This document shows, piece after piece, positions 16,850 to 20,000 of a stretch of DNA of 20,000 bases. The notes under the pieces are model-generated. The model did no database searches, was not told the origin of the DNA, and saw only the letters and a list, made by a program, of their open reading frames with translations. Where the stretch lies: IMG/VR virus record IMGVR_UViG_3300032323_002211; one strand, written 5' to 3'. The stretch's first letter is position 1; each line of letters opens with the position of its first letter. Source of the DNA: an uncultured virus (IMG/VR IMGVR_UViG_3300032323_002211). Lineage: Duplodnaviria > Heunggongvirae > Uroviricota > Caudoviricetes. A program made the position numbers and the translations under genes.

Positions 16850-17695
16850 GAAATAAGAGACATGGACTTTTTTAAGTAGTTGTATGATGTCAGTTTCATC
16901 GAACTTTTTACATACGATATACTCCCTAGCATACTTCTTTCGTTTCTCTTCAGGGTTTTGGTCTGAGGAAGTTTGCTTGATACCCCTTAAAATGCTTTCC
17001 ATGTTACGTTCCTCTTTCTCCTTTCTGATTTTAACGTCCCCATAGTTTAGAGCCTCTTCTATTTCCTCTTTGGTTGGGTTTACCTGTCCTGTAGTCTTCA
17101 TCCATTTGTAGATTGACTCCTGAGTGTCCCAAAACTTCTCATTGTCTTTCCAAGATTCGTAAATTGAAATAAGGTACTCTTTGAAGACCTGACACTTGTA
17201 TTCAGGGGTTACTTCAGCTTTGGTATCTAAATCCCTTCTGCTTTCAAATCTTTGCTTGTTATAGGCAATTTCATTTACTAGCTGCATCTTTCTAGCTTCA
17301 TAAGACTGCATACACTTAGATATATAGAAGGCAGATATATTCTTTTGGGTTACGAACCCTACATCTATTTTCCCACCTATAGACCAATTCATAGCTGTTT
17401 TGATGTCAGCCAAAGTGAATTTACCAAAGTTGTCATAAATGAATTGACAGATAACCACTAGCTCTGCTTGGGTTGAATCGTTGGTTACTCCTAATAAAAG
17501 TCTCCATTGAGCCATAACTTTTACAAGTTCAGCCATGTCATCTGCGTCATAGTTCATTATCTTTTTCTCTGAGAAGGTTCTAGCTACAACTAGCTCATCG
17601 TCTGTTTTTATCCAACTTCCAATTAAAACGTTGGGCTTTTGCAACGCTATCTGAGAGTTTGCTGATTGTGTCTTTTGGAGTTCTTGGTTGTTCAT
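16838..17695 (-). CDS. Hypothetical protein, possibly replication-associated (helicase loader/inhibitor position)
   Basis: 285 aa, helical. Directly downstream of and overlapping the Phg_2220_C gene. Function inferred from position only. Confidence 0.6.
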   Translation of the reverse strand: MNNQELQKTQSANSQIALQKPNVLIGSWIKTDDELVVARTFSEKKIMNYDADDMAELVKVMAQWRLLLGVTNDSTQAELVVICQFIYDNFGKFTLADIKTAMNWSIGGKIDVGFVTQKNISAFYISKCMQSYEARKMQLVNEIAYNKQRFESRRDLDTKAEVTPEYKCQVFKEYLISIYESWKDNEKFWDTQESIYKWMKTTGQVNPTKEEIEEALNYGDVKIRKEKEERNMESILRGIKQTSSDQNPEEKRKKYAREYIVCKKFDETDIIQLLKKVHVSYFKNN

Positions 17696-17927
17696 TTAAG
17701 TATTTTGTGAATTTTTGTCCAAATAGGGTTTGGGGTCTTATATACTGTTCGTATTCCGTTCCTTTCCATTGTGCTACTTTAAGTAAGGTTACTTTTTTGA
17801 AGTCTTCTAAAGTGTGCCCTTTATCAATTAAGGCTTTAATTAGATTTTGAGCTTCAGCGTAGTTAAAGGCATTTTGGGTTTGGGTTTTGAAATAGTCGAG
17901 TATCAGGTTTATATCCTCTATACTCAT
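17595..17927 (-). CDS. Conserved phage C-terminal domain protein (Phg_2220_C, replication-initiator associated)
   Basis: 110 aa. ILDYF...LIKALIDKGHTLEDFKKV...KVAQWKGTEYEQYIRPQTLFGQKFTKYLNE. Confidence 0.85.
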   Translation of the reverse strand: MSIEDINLILDYFKTQTQNAFNYAEAQNLIKALIDKGHTLEDFKKVTLLKVAQWKGTEYEQYIRPQTLFGQKFTKYLNEQPRTPKDTISKLSDSVAKAQRFNWKLDKNRR

Positions 17928-18160
17928 AGTATATCAGTTATAGGTACGTCTAATGCGTCAGCAAACTTCTTAGCTGTATCTAGCTTTGCTATAGGTCTAA
18001 AACCACTACAAATATTAGATAGGTTGGTAAGAGCTATAAAGTAGCCTGTCTTTTCAAATAGGATTTCAGCAAACTCTCTTTGCGTCATTTTCCTCTCCTT
18101 TAGGATTTGCCCTAACTTACTTCTAGTATAGGGTTTCTGTTTCTTTTGTGTTTGTTCCAT
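17924..18160 (-). CDS. XRE/Cro-family helix-turn-helix protein
   Basis: 78 aa. LGQILKERKMTQREFAEIL...NLSNICSG...LDTAKKFADALDVPITDIL. Confidence 0.88.
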   Translation of the reverse strand: MEQTQKKQKPYTRSKLGQILKERKMTQREFAEILFEKTGYFIALTNLSNICSGFRPIAKLDTAKKFADALDVPITDIL

Positions 18161-18161
18161 T

Positions 18162-18217
18162 AGTAATTTATTTTGATTGCAATTTATTTTAATTATAATT
18201 ATTTTTAATTGCTTTTT
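18162..18217 (-). promoter_or_regulatory. Three tandem degenerate copies of the palindromic core upstream of the HTH gene (candidate operators)
   Basis: 14-bp cores start at 18165, 18181 and 18197 (16-bp period), each with 1-2 mismatches to AATTAAAATTAATT. Confidence 0.6.
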
Positions 18218-18485
18218 ATCCCCAATTTATTTTAGCCTCTCTGAATGTGGATATACCTTCTTGTCTTTCTACTATATCGAAATCCACTACACTATCATAG
18301 TGGTCATTGGTCAGTTTATCCCAATCTTCCCTACATACAAATAAACTACTTGCTCCTGTATTAAGATTTTGACAATCCATTACGAATATCGAACCATCGT
18401 CTGATTTATGGTCAGTTCCATGAGGAAAGGTTACAGTCCAATACGTTGCACCTGTACCTGCCGTTCTTTTTAATATTCCTTTCAT
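18216..18485 (-). CDS. Hypothetical protein
   Basis: 89 aa; ATG abuts a junction element. Confidence 0.75.
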   Translation of the reverse strand: MKGILKRTAGTGATYWTVTFPHGTDHKSDDGSIFVMDCQNLNTGASSLFVCREDWDKLTNDHYDSVVDFDIVERQEGISTFREAKINWG

Positions 18486-18507
18486 GTAATTAATTTTAAT
18501 TGTTTTT
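18486..18507 (-). repeat. Gene-junction element copy
   Basis: AAAAACAATTAAAATTAATTAC directly followed by ATG. Confidence 0.9.
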
Positions 18508-18759
18508 TTAGTCTTTAGTTAATTCAGCCATTTTAGCGTTAAGGTGAGTTAATAGGTCTACCATAAAATCGGTTTTGCCATGCAGCCTATTTATTTCATA
18601 CTGCTCAATAATTAAATCAGCAAAATGCTCAGGGCTATTTGGTATTTCGTCCTTTCTCCTTTCAAGAAGGATAATCTCACCTGATATAATATGTTTTTGC
18701 TTTTGGCAGAAATTATAGATACTCTCTGCAAAATGATATAGCTTTTCTTTATCGGTCAT
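18508..18759 (-). CDS. Hypothetical protein
   Basis: 83 aa, bounded on both sides by junction elements. Confidence 0.75.
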   Translation of the reverse strand: MTDKEKLYHFAESIYNFCQKQKHIISGEIILLERRKDEIPNSPEHFADLIIEQYEINRLHGKTDFMVDLLTHLNAKMAELTKD

Positions 18760-18781
18760 AGTAATTAATTTTAATTGTTTT
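18760..18781 (-). repeat. Gene-junction element copy
   Basis: AAAACAATTAAAATTAATTACT directly followed by ATG. Contains the upstream stop. Confidence 0.9.
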
Positions 18782-19193
18782 CGTCAAATAAGATTTCACT
18801 ACCGTTTACTTTGGTCACAGGGTTATTATACTCAGATTTATATTTGAGGAACAAGCTCAACATCTTTTCATACGATTCCTCATGCTCCTTTTCAGTAAAC
18901 TTAACATCAACATCCTTTAATTCAGCCCTATCCCAAATAGCAAAAACGTATTGAGTCTTTACTTCCAACCTATTAGTTACGGTAGGTTTAATTCTTTTCT
19001 CTAACCTTAATTTTTCATAACTATTGATAATAGATATTTCAACAGGCACATATACTTCTTTGTTCTTTTTGTACCATTGAGTAGCCCAAGTATCATTTTC
19101 AAAATGTTCTGAGTCTACATAAGTATCGTCTACTTTAAATGTGTAACGATAATAATTGCTTGAAGTCATAGATTTCTCTAATTTGAAGTTCAT
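18771..19193 (-). CDS. Hypothetical protein
   Basis: 140-aa ORF on the coding strand with an A/C-rich leader. Confidence 0.75.
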   Translation of the reverse strand: MNFKLEKSMTSSNYYRYTFKVDDTYVDSEHFENDTWATQWYKKNKEVYVPVEISIINSYEKLRLEKRIKPTVTNRLEVKTQYVFAIWDRAELKDVDVKFTEKEHEESYEKMLSLFLKYKSEYNNPVTKVNGSEILFDENN

Positions 19194-19211
19194 GGTGTTT
19201 GTTTTTATGGT

Positions 19212-19442
19212 TTAAAAATATTTAGGGAAATCGGATTTATGACCAATATGGATAAAAGAATCCCTACGAAACGTATGGGGTAGCTTTTGGAATACATCCC
19301 CCTTTGAAGTAATAAAGTATTCGCTTCCTCCTAGTGTGTTAAACATATCTATGGAATCTTTTGACATTCCGTAGCCGAAGGTGAAAACGTTGGTTGCTGT
19401 ACGCTGAAGGTACTTGCGTGATAGGATTTTAGATTTTGTCAT
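19212..19442 (-). CDS. Hypothetical protein
   Basis: 76 aa; leader AACCATTTAAACCATG. Confidence 0.7.
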   Translation of the reverse strand: MTKSKILSRKYLQRTATNVFTFGYGMSKDSIDMFNTLGGSEYFITSKGDVFQKLPHTFRRDSFIHIGHKSDFPKYF

Positions 19443-19453
19443 GGTTTAAATGG

Positions 19454-19687
19454 TTATTTGGTGATTATTTCAAAAGTGTAGTTACCGCTTTTATCAGCTT
19501 TTGTAAATAGTTGTAATAGACCCTGAGCCTCATTTGTATTTTGGAGCTGTGCATCACTTTCATGACCCCAATGCTCTGACTGACCTAAAGCACCCAAGTC
19601 TATGTAACCTACAAAGTATCGTACTTGATTTAGATAGTTTTGATTGGAAGATTTGATTCTAGTTCTTTTGATAACGTAGTTTTTCAT
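19454..19687 (-). CDS. Hypothetical protein
   Basis: 77 aa; same leader AACCATTTAAACCATG. First gene after the promoter. Confidence 0.7.
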   Translation of the reverse strand: MKNYVIKRTRIKSSNQNYLNQVRYFVGYIDLGALGQSEHWGHESDAQLQNTNEAQGLLQLFTKADKSGNYTFEIITK

Positions 19688-19708
19688 GGTTTAAATGGTT
19701 TTAGGATA

Positions 19709-19737
19709 TAAAAATACTAAATTCTCATTACTAGCAA
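19709..19737 (-). promoter_or_regulatory. Bacteroidota sigmaA-like promoter heading the leftward gene run
   Basis: TTG (19737-19735) - 18 nt - TATTTTTA (19716-19709), 21 nt upstream of ATG 19687. Confidence 0.5.
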
Positions 19738-20000
19738 TAATAAATCTGTTAAAATTTTGTTAAAGAATACTAAATGCTATTAACAAGTCATGATTTTTAG
19801 ATAGTGGGAGCTCCAAAAATAATTCCTGTTTTGCTACTTCGCACAGAAACGGCTCAAATTTCCATTCAATTTCCCGACCTAACGAAATACCCCACTTCGA
19901 GAATTAAACGGAAATTCCCGCCTATAAACTACCCTGCAATCCGCATTCACCACCCACCGCCACATTCCATATCCGAAAATATCCCCTAATATCCGAAAAC

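Noticed and set aside
16738..16932. 64-aa minus-strand ORF
   Set aside because: Overlaps two real genes out of frame, runs through a junction element and has no recognisable features.
9096..18044. + strand ORFs at 9096, 12358, 14734, 17659 and 17847
   Set aside because: Antisense to better-supported minus-strand genes. The 9096 ORF is replaced by the 59-aa minus ORF at 9092-9271.
9081..18781. Repeated 23-mer as a CRISPR array
   Set aside because: Copies are separated by whole genes (about 170 bp to several kb), not 30-40 bp spacers, and no cas genes are visible.
9081..18781. Classical integron attC sites
   Set aside because: No GTTRRRY/RYYYAAC boxes or long imperfect hairpins, and no integrase in the window.
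62..19687. Stop-codon reassignment
   Set aside because: Standard-code ORFs tile the strand with almost no gaps, and TAA, TGA and TAG all end genes at sensible junctions.
19804..19989. 61-aa + strand ORF
   Set aside because: GTG start, Pro-rich low-complexity product of the C-rich tract, with no supporting leader.

Overview
AT-rich, densely packed window with nearly all genes on the minus strand. It most likely comes from a large tailed phage of a Bacteroidota host. Supporting signs are the absence of Shine-Dalgarno motifs, TTG-N18-TAnnTTT(A/G) promoters, 'SQ' signal peptides and phage-type domains. In transcription order (right to left) the window holds: (1) small early-type ORFs; (2) an XRE-HTH / Phg_2220_C / putative loader replication trio; (3) secreted proteins; (4) a glycan-modification set (NodS-like and other methyltransferases, NodB-type deacetylase, two GT2, PhyH dioxygenase, GT4) interleaved with membrane or spanin-like genes; (5) a bidirectional terminator and a lone + strand 38-aa membrane ORF; (6) two large polyvalent-type proteins. 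Two signals stand out. The 1669-aa protein is divided into domain-sized modules by about 15 [MYFL]-x-x-G-G motifs (MADGG-like), suggesting a processed polyprotein. A 22-23 bp element, AAAAACAATTAA-NN-TTAATTAC(T), with a palindromic core occurs about 10 times, mostly forming the junction between consecutive genes, and appears as three degenerate tandem copies in front of the HTH gene. All family assignments come from motif recognition by eye, not from searches.
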